Shown piece after piece: positions 1 through 10,065 of a stretch of DNA of 61,468 nt. This stretch comes from an uncultured Bacilli bacterium (GTDB lineage Bacteria > Bacillota_I > Bacilli_A > RF39 > UBA660): assembly GCA_944358355.1 (NCBI GenBank), contig CALVQY010000001.1, positions 1 through 61,468 of the forward strand, written 5' to 3'. The notes under the pieces were generated by a model. The model did no database searches. It worked only from the letters and a program-made list of their open reading frames with translations, and had not been told where the DNA came from. The position numbers and the translations under genes were made by a program. Position 1 is the first letter of the stretch, and each line of letters opens with the position of its first letter.

Positions 1-347
1 CTACCTAAACGATTCTTTGGTAACATTCCTTTAACAGCCTTTTCAACCATTTCTTCAGGATACTTCTCGATCATTTCTTTAGCAGTTCTAGTTCTTAATC
101 CACCTGGATACTGAGAATGACTATAATACTTCTTATCTTCTAACTTATTACCAGTAAGTAATACTTTAGAAGCATTAATAATAATTACATAGTCACCACA
201 ATCAATATGAGGTGTATAAGTAGCTTTATGCTTTCCACGTAAAATATGAGCAGCCTTACTAGCTACACGACCTAAAGGTTTTCCTTCAGCATCAATAACG
301 TACCATTTACGTTCTACTGTTTCTTTCTTTTGCATATAACTTTTCAT
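1..347 (-). CDS. rplM: 50S ribosomal protein L13, N-terminal part (C-terminus runs off the left window edge)
   Basis: Not in the ORF track because it is truncated. Reverse-strand translation from ATG at 347-345 reads [75 protein letters not shown]..., a canonical L13 N-terminus. AGGAG RBS at 355-359. Confidence 0.9.
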   Translation of the reverse strand, partial: MKSYMQKKETVERKWYVIDAEGKPLGRVASKAAHILRGKHKATYTPHIDCGDYVIIINASKVLLTGNKLEDKKYYSHSQYPGGLRTRTAKEMIEKYPEEMVEKAVKGMLPKNRLG

Positions 348-506
348 AATTTTTCTCCTTTACTAAACTACTCAAACATTCCCAGTGTTTAAGTCTTAGT
401 GGGGATATAAAATGTACCGATTAAAATTATAGCAGTGTTTACTACTAAAGTCAATCATTTTATTTCAAAATATTTGTTGATATAATAAGAAAAATAGGAG
501 TGTAAT

Positions 507-1826
507 ATGATAAAAGTACTTAAAGAAAATAAAAAAGTAATTTTTCTATTCATATTTTTCTATATATTAATATTTTGTTTTAATTTCTTTAGACCTATAG
601 ACTTAGATTTAATGTGGAATTACGGCTTCATCCAAAATGTTAGTAAAGGTTTAATAATGTATAAAGACTTTAACATGGTAATTACCCCATTATATCCAGC
701 TTTAACTGGATTATTTATGAAAATACTAGGTAATAATATGATTGTTTTTTATCTTATAAATTCACTCTACGCTTTACTAATACTAATTATAGTATATAAA
801 CTAGATAAAAAAATCATTTTTCCATTCTTCATTTATTTTTTATTTGATACTACCCCAGGATATAATACATTAACAATTTTATTTGTATTTTTACTAATAT
901 ATTTAGAAAAAAACAAGAAAAGTGATTATTTAATAGGACTTATTATAAGTCTTGCTTTCTTAACAAAATCAAGTATTGGTATTTTTCTAGCACTACCTAC
1001 TCTATATTATATAAGGAAGCCCAAAAAGATAATAAAAAGAATAATTCCTATCATAATAACAAATATAATAGTAATAGGATACTTCTATTTTAATAACGCT
1101 CTATTTGATTATATTAACTACGCTTTTCTAGGACTATTAGATTTTAGAAGTGGTAATGGAAACTTTAATATCATAACAATAATTGATTTATTAATAGTAG
1201 TCTATATTATTAGAGAATATCTTAAAACCAAAAATTTTGAATTACTTTATATCCTTGCTTTTATGATAATGGCTTATCCTTTATTTAATATAAGTCATAG
1301 TCTAACAGCAATTATTCCTTTAGTTTACTATCTATTAAAAAAACACTCTAAAATAACAAATTTATTTTTAAAAGTTGCACCTATCTTTATCCTAATACCA
1401 ATAGTTTCTCTAATTATAAATTATGCTATCTGCAAGCCAAGATATGATGACGGACTATTTAAATATCGTTATTTACAAGATGAATATATGTCTGACATTG
1501 ATGCTTTAAAAGATTATTTTCATGATGAATATGATAATGTTTACTTTTTCTTAATGGAATCTTATTTATATAAACTTTCTTTAGATATTCCAATCAATGA
1601 ATATGATTTAACTCTAAAAGGTAATATGGGCTATGACGGTGAAAATAAAATGATAGAAAAAATAAAGAGAATTAAAAAAGGAAGCATTATTATTGTGGCA
1701 AATGAATTTCAAGAAACAACTAATGAAATGCTAAAAACTCAAGCCAGCAAAAAAATATATGATTTTATAACAGAAAACTATAGTTCTATAGGACAATTTC
1801 ATAAATTCAAAGTATATATAAAATGA
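507..1826 (+). CDS. polytopic integral membrane protein, possibly a GT-C type (ArnT/PMT-like) glycosyltransferase
   Basis: 439-aa ORF with many hydrophobic segments through the first ~300 aa and a soluble C-terminal tail. GGAG RBS just upstream. The family assignment rests on architecture only. Confidence 0.5.
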   Translation: MIKVLKENKKVIFLFIFFYILIFCFNFFRPIDLDLMWNYGFIQNVSKGLIMYKDFNMVITPLYPALTGLFMKILGNNMIVFYLINSLYALLILIIVYKLDKKIIFPFFIYFLFDTTPGYNTLTILFVFLLIYLEKNKKSDYLIGLIISLAFLTKSSIGIFLALPTLYYIRKPKKIIKRIIPIIITNIIVIGYFYFNNALFDYINYAFLGLLDFRSGNGNFNIITIIDLLIVVYIIREYLKTKNFELLYILAFMIMAYPLFNISHSLTAIIPLVYYLLKKHSKITNLFLKVAPIFILIPIVSLIINYAICKPRYDDGLFKYRYLQDEYMSDIDALKDYFHDEYDNVYFFLMESYLYKLSLDIPINEYDLTLKGNMGYDGENKMIEKIKRIKKGSIIIVANEFQETTNEMLKTQASKKIYDFITENYSSIGQFHKFKVYIK

Positions 1827-1912
1827 TTACAGAATAATAGACAAAACATTAAAAATATAGTATAATTTATATCGGTTAGTTCTTTGGGGTTAAATAAAAG
1901 AAAGGAGAAATA

Positions 1913-3598
1913 ATGAATAAAAAGTCAGAAGAAACAAAAATAATTGTTTTAGGTGGCTTAGGAGAAGTAGGAAAAAACATGTATTGTGTAATGCATGAAG
2001 ATGAAATTATTGTTATAGACGCGGGAGTATCTTTTGCAGAAGGAGAACTATTAGGTATAGATTATGTCCTTCCAGATTACTCATTTTTACAAGAAAACGA
2101 AGATAAAATTAAAGCACTGCTTATTACTCATGGCCATGAAGACCATATTGGAGCAATTCCTTTTTTACTAAGAAGTGTAAAAATTCCTGCTATCTATGCC
2201 CCTAATCAAGCTAAAGAATTAATTAAATTAAAATTAGAAGATAGAAATATTAGATATGATAATTTATTTGTTTATGACGAAAATACAAAATTAAAATTTA
2301 AACATATGGAAGTAGAGTTCATTAGAACAACTCACTCTATCCCAGACTCACATGGTATAGCTATTACAACACCTAATGGAAGAATTGTTACAACAGGAGA
2401 CTTTAAATTTGATTTGACTCCTATTGGACCAATGGCTGACCTTTATAAAATGGCTAAACTAGGTAATGATGGTGTTGACTTATTAATAAGCGATAGTACC
2501 AATGCTTTAAATGAAGGAATGTCTATTAGTGAATCGCGAGTTGATGATGCTATTATAGATATCTTTGATAAATACAAATATAATCGTATTATAATTGCCA
2601 CTTTTGCTTCTAATATTTATAGATTAAAACATATCTTTGAATCATGTTATCAACATGGAAGAAAAATATGTGTCTTTGGACGCAGTATGGAAAATAATAT
2701 TGATATTTCTATTAAAGGTGGATATATCGATCATAAAGAACTATTAATAACACCAGAAGTTGCTAATACCCTAAAACCTGGAGAAGTAACAATCCTTTGT
2801 ACTGGTTCTCAAGGAGAACCTTTAGCAGCCTTATCGAGAATCGCTGATGGAACTCATAAACAAATTAAATTAAGACCAGATGATATTGTAATATTCTCAT
2901 CAAGCGCTATTCCTGGTAATGCACTAAGTATTCATAAAACAATTAATAAGTTATATTTAAAAGGTGTTAAAGTCTTTACTAATATGACAATGAATAACTT
3001 ACACACCTCAGGTCATGCTAATCAGGAAGAGTTAAAATTAATGATTAGATTATTAAAACCTAAATACTTAATGCCATTCCATGGAGATTATAGAATGTTA
3101 AAACAGCATGCTAATCTTGGAATAGATTGTGGCATTCCTAAAGAAAATACTTTCATATTGAAAAATGGTGATAGTCTAATTTTAAAGGATCATAAAATTA
3201 CTAAAGGAGAAAGTTATCCAAATAGTGATATTTATGTAGATGGTAATAGAATTGGCGAAGTAGGAAGTGCTGTTATAAGAGATAGAAAAATAATGGCTAG
3301 TGATGGTATATTAGTTGTAATTGCCAATATTGACTCTAAAGAAAGAGTATTATTAACAAAGCCAAATATTACAACAAGAGGATTTATCTTAGTAAATGAA
3401 AATGAAGAACTAATTAAAAAGATTGAGAAAGAAGCAACTAAAGTTATTACAGAGAAATTAAATGATAAAAAAGCATCATTTACTGATATAAAAAATCAAC
3501 TTAGTCTAGATTTAATACCATTTATCTTAAATCTAACTGGCAGAAGACCTCTTATTTTACCAATAATTTTAGATATAAAAAATAGAGCTCAAAAATAA
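1913..3598 (+). CDS. rnj: ribonuclease J (metallo-beta-lactamase / beta-CASP RNase)
   Basis: 561 aa. N-terminus IIVLGGLGEVGKNMY, HGHEDHIGA zinc motif, and the length and C-terminal domain typical of RNase J. AGGAGA RBS. Confidence 0.92.
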   Translation: MNKKSEETKIIVLGGLGEVGKNMYCVMHEDEIIVIDAGVSFAEGELLGIDYVLPDYSFLQENEDKIKALLITHGHEDHIGAIPFLLRSVKIPAIYAPNQAKELIKLKLEDRNIRYDNLFVYDENTKLKFKHMEVEFIRTTHSIPDSHGIAITTPNGRIVTTGDFKFDLTPIGPMADLYKMAKLGNDGVDLLISDSTNALNEGMSISESRVDDAIIDIFDKYKYNRIIIATFASNIYRLKHIFESCYQHGRKICVFGRSMENNIDISIKGGYIDHKELLITPEVANTLKPGEVTILCTGSQGEPLAALSRIADGTHKQIKLRPDDIVIFSSSAIPGNALSIHKTINKLYLKGVKVFTNMTMNNLHTSGHANQEELKLMIRLLKPKYLMPFHGDYRMLKQHANLGIDCGIPKENTFILKNGDSLILKDHKITKGESYPNSDIYVDGNRIGEVGSAVIRDRKIMASDGILVVIANIDSKERVLLTKPNITTRGFILVNENEELIKKIEKEATKVITEKLNDKKASFTDIKNQLSLDLIPFILNLTGRRPLILPIILDIKNRAQK

Positions 3599-3616
3599 TG
3601 AGTTCTATTTTATTTT
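3582..3616. terminator. bidirectional intrinsic terminator between convergent rnj and rny
   Basis: ATAGAGCTCA (3582-3591) pairs with TGAGTTCTAT (3599-3608), with one G-U pair and a 7-nt loop. It has an A-run before and a T-run after. Confidence 0.6.
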
Positions 3617-5163
3617 GCTTCTTCAATCGCTCTTGTTTCTCTAACAACAGTAATTTTTATTGTTCCAGGATAATTTAAAGTAGATTCAATTTTCTCTTTA
3701 ATATCACGAGCTACCCGATGTGCTTCTAAATCATCAATCTGATCAGGTTCAACTATGACTCTAAGCTCTCTTCCTGCTTGCATAGCATATGCTTTAGAAA
3801 CACCATTTATATCATTAGCAACTTCTTCTAATTGCGTTAATCTCTTAACATAATTTTCTAAAGAGTCATTTCTTGCTCCTGGACGTGATGCAGAAAGTGC
3901 ATCAGCAACAGCAACTAATGAAGAAATAACTGAAGTCGATTCTTCATCACCATGATGAGAAGCAATAGCATTGATAACAACTTCGTTTTCTCCATATTTT
4001 TTAGCAAGTTCAACCCCTATACTTACATGACTTCCTTCAATTTCATGATCAACTGCTTTACCAATATCATGTAAAAGTCCCGCTCTTTTAGCAAGAGAAA
4101 CATCTTCACCAATCTCTCCTGCTAATAATCCAGTAAGATTAGCTACTTCTAATGAATGTTGCAAAGCATTTTGCCCATAACTAGTTCTAAAGTGAAGTCT
4201 TCCAATTATTTCTATTAACTCTGGAGCCATCTTTGTAATACCAAGTTCAAACAAAGCATTATTTCCATATTCTATAATCTTCTCTTTAGTCTCTTTACAT
4301 ACTTTATCATAAACTTCTTCTATTCTCGTAGGATGAACTCTTCCATCTTTTATTAAAGTCTCTAAAGTCAATCTTGCCATTTCTCTTCTTAAAGGATCAA
4401 AACTAGATAAAACAACCGCTTCCGGAGTATCATCAATAATAAGATCAACTCCTGTAATCGCTTCTATTGTTCTAATATTTCTACCTTCTCTTCCTATTAA
4501 TCTACCCTTCATATCATCATTAGGTAAACTAACAACTGTAACAGTCTGATCACTTGCAATATCAGCAGAATATTTCTGCATCGCTGTAACAATCAATTCC
4601 TGTGCCTTAGAAACAGCAGTCAATTTCGCTTCATTTTCTTGTTCACTAATATAAACAGCTATTTCTCTACTCATTGACTCTTTTACATTTTTCATAATCA
4701 AATCATGAGCTTTTTCTTTACTATATCCTGAAATATCTTCAAGTAAAGCAATTTGTTCTTTTTTTATTTCCTCCACTTTCGCTTCTTTTTCTTGAATTTC
4801 TTTTTGTCTTTGAATCATCTTTTCTTCTCTATCATCTAAAGTAGCTTCCCTTTTTTGACACAATTCATCTCTTTTATCTAAACTACTTTCTCTTTGCAAT
4901 AGTTTATTTTCATTTTCTTTAAGTTCCGCTTTCTTTTCTTTGATATTTTTTTCAACTTCCATCTTCAACTGATAATTCTTCTCTTTCGCTTCCATAACAG
5001 CATCTCTTTTAATCTTATCAGCATTACGATTCGCTTCTTCTAACATTTTATCTATCTTTTTAGATGTTGTCCCTTCTCTTAAATAGGCAACTAAAAAAGT
5101 TAATCCAAAACCAATAATTAATCCAAAAAATATAAGTAAAATGGAGAATAAAATTTGTTCCAT
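3610..5163 (-). CDS. rny: ribonuclease Y (N-terminal TM anchor, coiled coil, KH and HD domains)
   Basis: 517 aa. KH signature [36 protein letters not shown] region LLHDIGKA, and an N-terminal hydrophobic helix. Confidence 0.95.
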   Translation of the reverse strand: MEQILFSILLIFFGLIIGFGLTFLVAYLREGTTSKKIDKMLEEANRNADKIKRDAVMEAKEKNYQLKMEVEKNIKEKKAELKENENKLLQRESSLDKRDELCQKREATLDDREEKMIQRQKEIQEKEAKVEEIKKEQIALLEDISGYSKEKAHDLIMKNVKESMSREIAVYISEQENEAKLTAVSKAQELIVTAMQKYSADIASDQTVTVVSLPNDDMKGRLIGREGRNIRTIEAITGVDLIIDDTPEAVVLSSFDPLRREMARLTLETLIKDGRVHPTRIEEVYDKVCKETKEKIIEYGNNALFELGITKMAPELIEIIGRLHFRTSYGQNALQHSLEVANLTGLLAGEIGEDVSLAKRAGLLHDIGKAVDHEIEGSHVSIGVELAKKYGENEVVINAIASHHGDEESTSVISSLVAVADALSASRPGARNDSLENYVKRLTQLEEVANDINGVSKAYAMQAGRELRVIVEPDQIDDLEAHRVARDIKEKIESTLNYPGTIKITVVRETRAIEEAK

Positions 5164-5335
5164 ATTATACCTCCATTAGATATATACTTTAAATAAAAAT
5201 CTAAACTATAATCTATTTATATTGTAAGTTTTAATTCTTCACTTGTCAAGGAAAGATAAAATAAGGGTAATACAAGTATCTTATTTATATTTATCTTTTT
5301 ATTTACAATTGTTCTTATGGGAGACAGTGATATCA

Positions 5336-5572
5336 ATGATTAAAGTAAATATTGAAGAATTATTAAAACAAAATAAGAGAAGTAAATACTGGCTATGTCA
5401 AAGAATGAATATAACTTCAAGAAATTTAAATCGTATTATTAGAGGAGAAACAACTTCTATTTCTTTTAAATATATAGAAGAAATATGTATCTTACTAAAC
5501 TGCACACCTGGTGATTTATTTACAATAACAACTAATGAAAAAGAAAAATTGCACTTTAAAAGGAGCCTATGA
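5336..5572 (+). CDS. small XRE-family helix-turn-helix transcriptional regulator
   Basis: The ORF track starts at 5243, but the ATG at 5336 is preceded by GGGAGA. The protein [38 protein letters not shown]... is a typical Cro/C1 HTH. Confidence 0.7.
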   Translation: MIKVNIEELLKQNKRSKYWLCQRMNITSRNLNRIIRGETTSISFKYIEEICILLNCTPGDLFTITTNEKEKLHFKRSL

Positions 5573-5580
5573 CTCCTTTT
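5558..5580. terminator. bidirectional hairpin at the convergent ends of the XRE gene and recA
   Basis: AAAAGGAG (5558-5565) pairs with CTCCTTTT (5573-5580), flanked by A and T runs. Confidence 0.5.
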
Positions 5581-6583
5581 TATTAAGATTAATTCCATAA
5601 AAGTCTCTAACTTTCTCTTCTATTTCATCTCTTAATTCACATTTTTCTTTAAGTAAAAGCTTAACATTTTCTTTTCCTTGACCTAATTTCTCGCCATTAT
5701 AAGAGTACCAGGCTCCAGTTTTTTCAACTACTCCTGCTTCTACACCTAAATCAATAAGTTCTCCTTCTTTAGAAATACCTTCACCATACATTATATCGAC
5801 TACAGCACTTTTAAAAGGAGGTGCTACTTTATTTTTAACAACTTTAACCGTCGTCTTATTACCAATTACTTTATCACCAATCTTTAATTGTTCATTACGT
5901 CTAATATCAAGTCTAATTGTTGAATAAAATTTTAAAGCTCTACCACCTGGAGTAGTCTCAGGATTACCAAACATAACCCCTACTTTTTCTCTTAACTGGT
6001 TAATAAAAATAGCAATTGTATTTGTTTTATTAATAGTACCAGATAATTTTCGCAAAGCCTGAGACATAAGTCTAGCTTGTAATCCTACATGAGAATCTCC
6101 CATCTCTCCATCTATTTCTGCTTGTGGAACTAAAGCTGCTACAGAGTCTATTACCACTATACTAATCGCACCACTCCTAACTAAGGCCTCACAAATTTCT
6201 AAAGCTTGTTCTCCCGTATCAGGTTGTGAAAGAATTAAATCATTAGTATTAACTCCTAACCTCTTAGCATAAATAGGATCAAGAGCATGTTCTGCATCAA
6301 TAAAAGCAGCTCTTCCCCCTGTTTTTTGGACTTCAGCAATCGCCTGCAATGCAAATGTTGTTTTACCACTAGACTCTGGTCCATATATTTCTATTATCCT
6401 GCCTTTAGGATATCCGCCAATACCAAGAGCAATATCTAGACTTAAACATCCACTAGAAATAACATCCATTTTCATATGAGGATTATCTCCAAGTCTCATA
6501 ACTGCCCCTTTACCAAATTGTTTTTCTATATCAGCTAAAACACTTTCTAAATTTTTATCTTTACTTACTGTTGATTTACTCAT
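5567..6583 (-). CDS. recA: recombinase RecA
   Basis: 338 aa. Walker [10 protein letters not shown] and the conserved RecA core ([31 protein letters not shown]). Confidence 0.98.
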   Translation of the reverse strand: MSKSTVSKDKNLESVLADIEKQFGKGAVMRLGDNPHMKMDVISSGCLSLDIALGIGGYPKGRIIEIYGPESSGKTTFALQAIAEVQKTGGRAAFIDAEHALDPIYAKRLGVNTNDLILSQPDTGEQALEICEALVRSGAISIVVIDSVAALVPQAEIDGEMGDSHVGLQARLMSQALRKLSGTINKTNTIAIFINQLREKVGVMFGNPETTPGGRALKFYSTIRLDIRRNEQLKIGDKVIGNKTTVKVVKNKVAPPFKSAVVDIMYGEGISKEGELIDLGVEAGVVEKTGAWYSYNGEKLGQGKENVKLLLKEKCELRDEIEEKVRDFYGINLNKKES

Positions 6584-6651
6584 AACTTCCTCCTAAAAAT
6601 TAATTACAAGACTATTTTATAAGGTTAAAATTAAAAAGTCAAGTACTTTTT

Positions 6652-6665
6652 CGAACAAAAGTTTG
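6652..6665 (-). promoter_or_regulatory. LexA (Cheo/SOS) box upstream of the recA promoter
   Basis: CGAACAAAAGTTTG matches the Firmicutes consensus CGAAC-N4-GTTCG in 12 of 14 positions. On the recA strand it lies just upstream of TTGACT (6642-6637), a 17-nt spacer and a TATAAA-type -10. Confidence 0.65.
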
Positions 6666-6731
6666 CGAATTTTCGTAATTCGCATATTTTTTGCCTCAAA
6701 AATTAAAAATTGAGTAAAAAAAAGAAGAAAT

Positions 6732-7334
6732 TTAATTTTCTTCCTTAGGTCCTAAAATCAATTTCTTATTAAGATTGAAATATTCTACCATAGAAATTAC
6801 TGACATAATAGTAGCAAAATAGATTAAGAAATCAGATACTCTTATATTCCAAATTTCAAATGGTAAATTATAGAAAAATGTTAAAACTAAACCAGTCATC
6901 ATAGAAGCTGTTTTAATCTTTCCAGATTTAATTGCAGCAACAACTTTTCCTTTACTAGAAGCTTGCATTTTAATAGCATCGACAATTGTATCTCTAAAGA
7001 TAATAATAACTGGAACAACCACAGGTATAAAACCTTTATAAGCTAAAATAATTAAAGCTGTATTAACTAAAGCTTTATCTGCAATAGCATCTAACATTTT
7101 TCCTAAATCCGTTACTTGATTATTCTTTCTAGCTAGATAACCATCTAAGAAATCAGTTAAACTAGCAACTAAAAATATAACTCCAGCTATTATATATTCA
7201 AGTTTCATATTAATACCAGCAACTTGAATAACTGGAAATTCTACTCCAATAGAGTAAAATGGAAATATAAGAATTATTATCATTATAATAGTAAAAATAA
7301 TTCTCATAAATGTTAACTTATTAGGCGTATTCAT
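6732..7334 (-). CDS. pgsA: CDP-diacylglycerol--glycerol-3-phosphate 3-phosphatidyltransferase
   Basis: 200 aa. CDP-alcohol phosphatidyltransferase motif DFLDGYLARKNNQVTDLGKMLDAIADK. Conserved rodZ-pgsA-recA-rny neighbourhood. Confidence 0.9.
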   Translation of the reverse strand: MNTPNKLTFMRIIFTIIMIIILIFPFYSIGVEFPVIQVAGINMKLEYIIAGVIFLVASLTDFLDGYLARKNNQVTDLGKMLDAIADKALVNTALIILAYKGFIPVVVPVIIIFRDTIVDAIKMQASSKGKVVAAIKSGKIKTASMMTGLVLTFFYNLPFEIWNIRVSDFLIYFATIMSVISMVEYFNLNKKLILGPKEEN

Positions 7335-7815
7335 AAACCTCTATTCCTTTCAACTCACTACTCATAACGGGATCCCTATTTATAGTTTTAATAACAATTA
7401 TAGAAATGATAATTGCTAACACAAAAATAATAAATGCTAATACAAAAGGTAATTTTTTAATCTTACGTTTATATTCTTTAGTATAAGGTGATTTAACTTT
7501 TTTAGTCTTGGCTTCTTCTAAAGAAGCTTCTTTCTTCTTCTGAGCTTCCATTATATCATCAAGAGATATTTTAGAAGTATGTTCAAATAAAAAATCATTA
7601 AACTCATCTTGTACCTTCATAGGATCAAGTCCCAAATATTTAGCATACTCTTTAATCAGTTCTTTTAAATAATAAACATCTTTAAAAGCTCTAATATTAG
7701 CACTCTCAATATTTTCAAGAAGCAAAACATCAACTTTCAAATCAGATGCAACTTCAAGAAGACTAACACCATTACTACGTCTAACGTCTTGAAGATATTC
7801 TCCTAATTCTTTCAT
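7321..7815 (-). CDS. rodZ: RodZ-like membrane-anchored HTH protein
   Basis: 164 aa. N-terminal HTH (LGEYLQDVRRSNGVSLLEVASDLKV), a basic linker and one TM helix. It sits immediately upstream of pgsA, as ymfM/rodZ does in Bacillus. Confidence 0.65.
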   Translation of the reverse strand: MKELGEYLQDVRRSNGVSLLEVASDLKVDVLLLENIESANIRAFKDVYYLKELIKEYAKYLGLDPMKVQDEFNDFLFEHTSKISLDDIMEAQKKKEASLEEAKTKKVKSPYTKEYKRKIKKLPFVLAFIIFVLAIIISIIVIKTINRDPVMSSELKGIEVYEYA

Positions 7816-7837
7816 TTTTCACCTCTAACAAATAATT

Positions 7838-8178
7838 AATACTTAATAAGCCATGTTCTGTACCTATCTCTAGGTGACAAGTATCTATCTACTATTTCTA
7901 GTCCTTAGAAAGATTCATTTCTCTTATCTAAAGCTCCCCTACCATAATTTGGGTTTCTCACTCGTGGGGTTTACCGCGTTTCACTTTTTAGTTTCCTAAA
8001 AAATCGTCACTGTGGCACTGTTTAGAACACCATAGATTACTCCTTAGGTATTCTTATTGCCGTTAGTGTCTAAGACACTACCTTAAGTTATTTTTTCCTT
8101 AAGCACGAACACTACATTCAAATCTCAGAATGTGTGAGCATGGACTTTCCTCTAGAATAAAAATTCCAGCACTTGTCT
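7838..8178 (-). ncRNA. rnpB: RNase P RNA, bacterial type B
   Basis: The reverse strand contains the universal motifs GAGGAAAGTCCATGCTC, AGTGCCACAGTGACGA, ACGCGGTAAACCCC, GAGAAACCCAAAT..GGTAGGGGA and ACAGAACATGGCTTA, in the same order as B. subtilis rnpB. The ends are approximate to about 15 nt. Confidence 0.9.
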
Positions 8179-8184
8179 AAAGCA

Positions 8185-8526
8185 TTAATCATTATTATCA
8201 TTTCTACCATAGACATCTTTTTCAAGTTGACTCAATCTTCTTAAGATATCAAGGTTATTAAATTCTGCTGTATCAGTACTGCTCTTCTTAGCAATCTCTG
8301 CATTCATTCTAGCATTTCTAAGATCTTGTTTCAAAGTCATAATCTCCCTTAATAACTCAGCTTTCTCTTTTTCTAAACTATCAATTATAGAAAAAAACTG
8401 CTCATAATCACTAATAATTACATCAAGAAACTGATCAACTTCTTTAAGTCTATAACCTCGTGTATCAATTTTAAAGTCTTTCTCTAAAATTTCTTGAGGT
8501 GTGAGCGTAATTTTATTCTGATACAT
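8185..8526 (-). CDS. gpsB: cell-cycle protein GpsB (DivIVA-domain)
   Basis: MYQNKITLTPQEILEKDFKIDTRGYRLKEVDQFLDVIISDYEQF aligns with the GpsB/DivIVA N-terminal domain. It lies next to rnpB, as in Bacillus. The start was chosen at the internal ATG (8526); the track ORF begins at 8538. Confidence 0.85.
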   Translation of the reverse strand: MYQNKITLTPQEILEKDFKIDTRGYRLKEVDQFLDVIISDYEQFFSIIDSLEKEKAELLREIMTLKQDLRNARMNAEIAKKSSTDTAEFNNLDILRRLSQLEKDVYGRNDNND

Positions 8527-8790
8527 ATAAATCACCAATCCCTTTACACTCTTATTTTAGAAAAGATATCTTATTTTGTCAATCTTTTCATGATATCTTC
8601 TTTCCTACTTAAGCGTAAAGCTAATAAGTTATTACTCCTAATATTAGCTAAAAGAAAAATTACATCTCTATTATTCATAAATATCACCATTACTATTCTA
8701 ATACAAATAAATATAAGTATCCACTAATTCGACAAAAGAAAAAATACTTTGACAAATATTCTAGAAGAAGTATAATAATATCAATTTGGA

Positions 8791-9444
8791 GTGATGAAAA
8801 TGGAAATTTCTAATGAATTTATTTTATATCTACTTATGAATGATTCTCTAAAAAGTTTTTTAAAAGCTAATGGATATATTTTAATATTGTCAAAAAATAG
8901 TATTGAAATAGAAAATTTAAAAAAGAAAAAGATTGAAAAGGCAACAATATTAGATGATGATAAAGAAAGAATTCGTATTAAAGGAGAAACTATAGCTGTT
9001 AGTTTTAATAAAGATAGCAATAATGATTATTACCTAGATCATTTATTAATAGGTGATGTTAAAAAGAATGAATTTGACTTTTCTTATCGAAATAATTTAG
9101 ATAGGATTATTGTTAAAATGATCGCTAACAATCAAAAACATATTTTCTTAATAAAGGATAATTATCTAGGAATTAAAAAAATATCTATGCCTAATACTAA
9201 TAATAAAAAATCAGATAATATTGGAATAAATTATATAGTAGAAGACTTTACTCTAACAGAAAATGATAATTCTAAAAGTGAAAATTATTTAAAAAAATGT
9301 CAAAATGAATTTGTGATTTTAGAATATAACTATCCAACAATTACAAGTTATATAAATGGTAATATGCCATTTATAAGTAGTTGTATAGATACATGTAATG
9401 ATAAGCCAACAAAAATATATGAACTTAAAAGAAAAAGAAATTAG
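8791..9444 (+). CDS. hypothetical protein
   Basis: 217-aa ORF behind a good promoter (TTGACA 8749-8754, TATAAT 8771-8776) and a GGAGTG RBS. The likely true start is the ATG at 8800. No recognisable motif. Confidence 0.55.
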   Translation: MMKMEISNEFILYLLMNDSLKSFLKANGYILILSKNSIEIENLKKKKIEKATILDDDKERIRIKGETIAVSFNKDSNNDYYLDHLLIGDVKKNEFDFSYRNNLDRIIVKMIANNQKHIFLIKDNYLGIKKISMPNTNNKKSDNIGINYIVEDFTLTENDNSKSENYLKKCQNEFVILEYNYPTITSYINGNMPFISSCIDTCNDKPTKIYELKRKRN

Positions 9445-9497
9445 ATAATTATAGCCAATTTAACATAAATATAGTATAATTATAATAGGTGATGTAA

Positions 9498-10064
9498 ATG
9501 AATTACCCTACGGGGATAAAAAAAGAACATAGACAAATTATAAATTATAGTCATAGAGGAATGACTTTAGAAGATGATATTAATCATAGTAATAATTACT
9601 ATAGAGAAAAAGATATCGCTTATATCTATAAAAAGCCTACTCCTATCAAAGTCACTAAAGTTGACTTTAGAAAAGATAGAACCTCAACGATTAAAGAAGC
9701 TTTTTATCAAGAACCATCAACTACTGACTATAATGGAATATATAAAGGAAAATATATTGATTTTGAAGCCAAAGAAACAAAACAAAAAACTTCTTTTCCC
9801 CTTGCAAATATTCATCCTCACCAATTAAAACATTTAGAAAATATAACAAGACATGGGGGAATTGGATTTATAATTGTACGTTTTTCAAATCTTAATGAAA
9901 CGTATTTATTAAAAGAAGAGGACCTTTTTTCGTTTACTGAAAAACAAAAAAGAAAATCAATACCGCTTAAGTATTTTAAAGATAAAGGGTATTTAATAAA
10001 AGAAAACTACAATCCTAGATTGGATTACTTAAAAATTGTTGATAATTTTTTGGAGGTAAAATAA
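9498..10064 (+). CDS. recU: Holliday junction resolvase RecU
   Basis: 188 aa. NRGMTLEDDIN, KKPTPIK, STTDYNGIYKGKYIDFEAKETK.KTSFPL are near-identical to conserved blocks of B. subtilis RecU. It lies directly upstream of ponA. Confidence 0.95.
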   Translation: MNYPTGIKKEHRQIINYSHRGMTLEDDINHSNNYYREKDIAYIYKKPTPIKVTKVDFRKDRTSTIKEAFYQEPSTTDYNGIYKGKYIDFEAKETKQKTSFPLANIHPHQLKHLENITRHGGIGFIIVRFSNLNETYLLKEEDLFSFTEKQKRKSIPLKYFKDKGYLIKENYNPRLDYLKIVDNFLEVK

Positions 10065-10065
10065 T

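Noticed and set aside
348-480. Possible L13 ribosomal-protein leader upstream of rplM (hairpin CCCAGTG..CACTGGG-like segment around 380-400)
   Set aside because: Position and strand are right, but I cannot verify the Rfam L13_leader consensus from memory. It needs an Infernal scan.
5243-5335. N-terminal 31-codon extension of the XRE ORF (track start 5243)
   Set aside because: The extension is hydrophobic and low-complexity, overlaps the promoter-like region, and lacks an RBS. The ATG at 5336 has GGGAGA upstream and gives a standard-length HTH protein.
6665-6683. GCGAAT-N7-ATTCGC hairpin as a plain pgsA terminator
   Set aside because: Not fully rejected. It lacks a clean U-tract on the pgsA strand and shares a 14-mer with the DUF1848 upstream palindrome, so it is reported under that finding rather than as a terminator feature.
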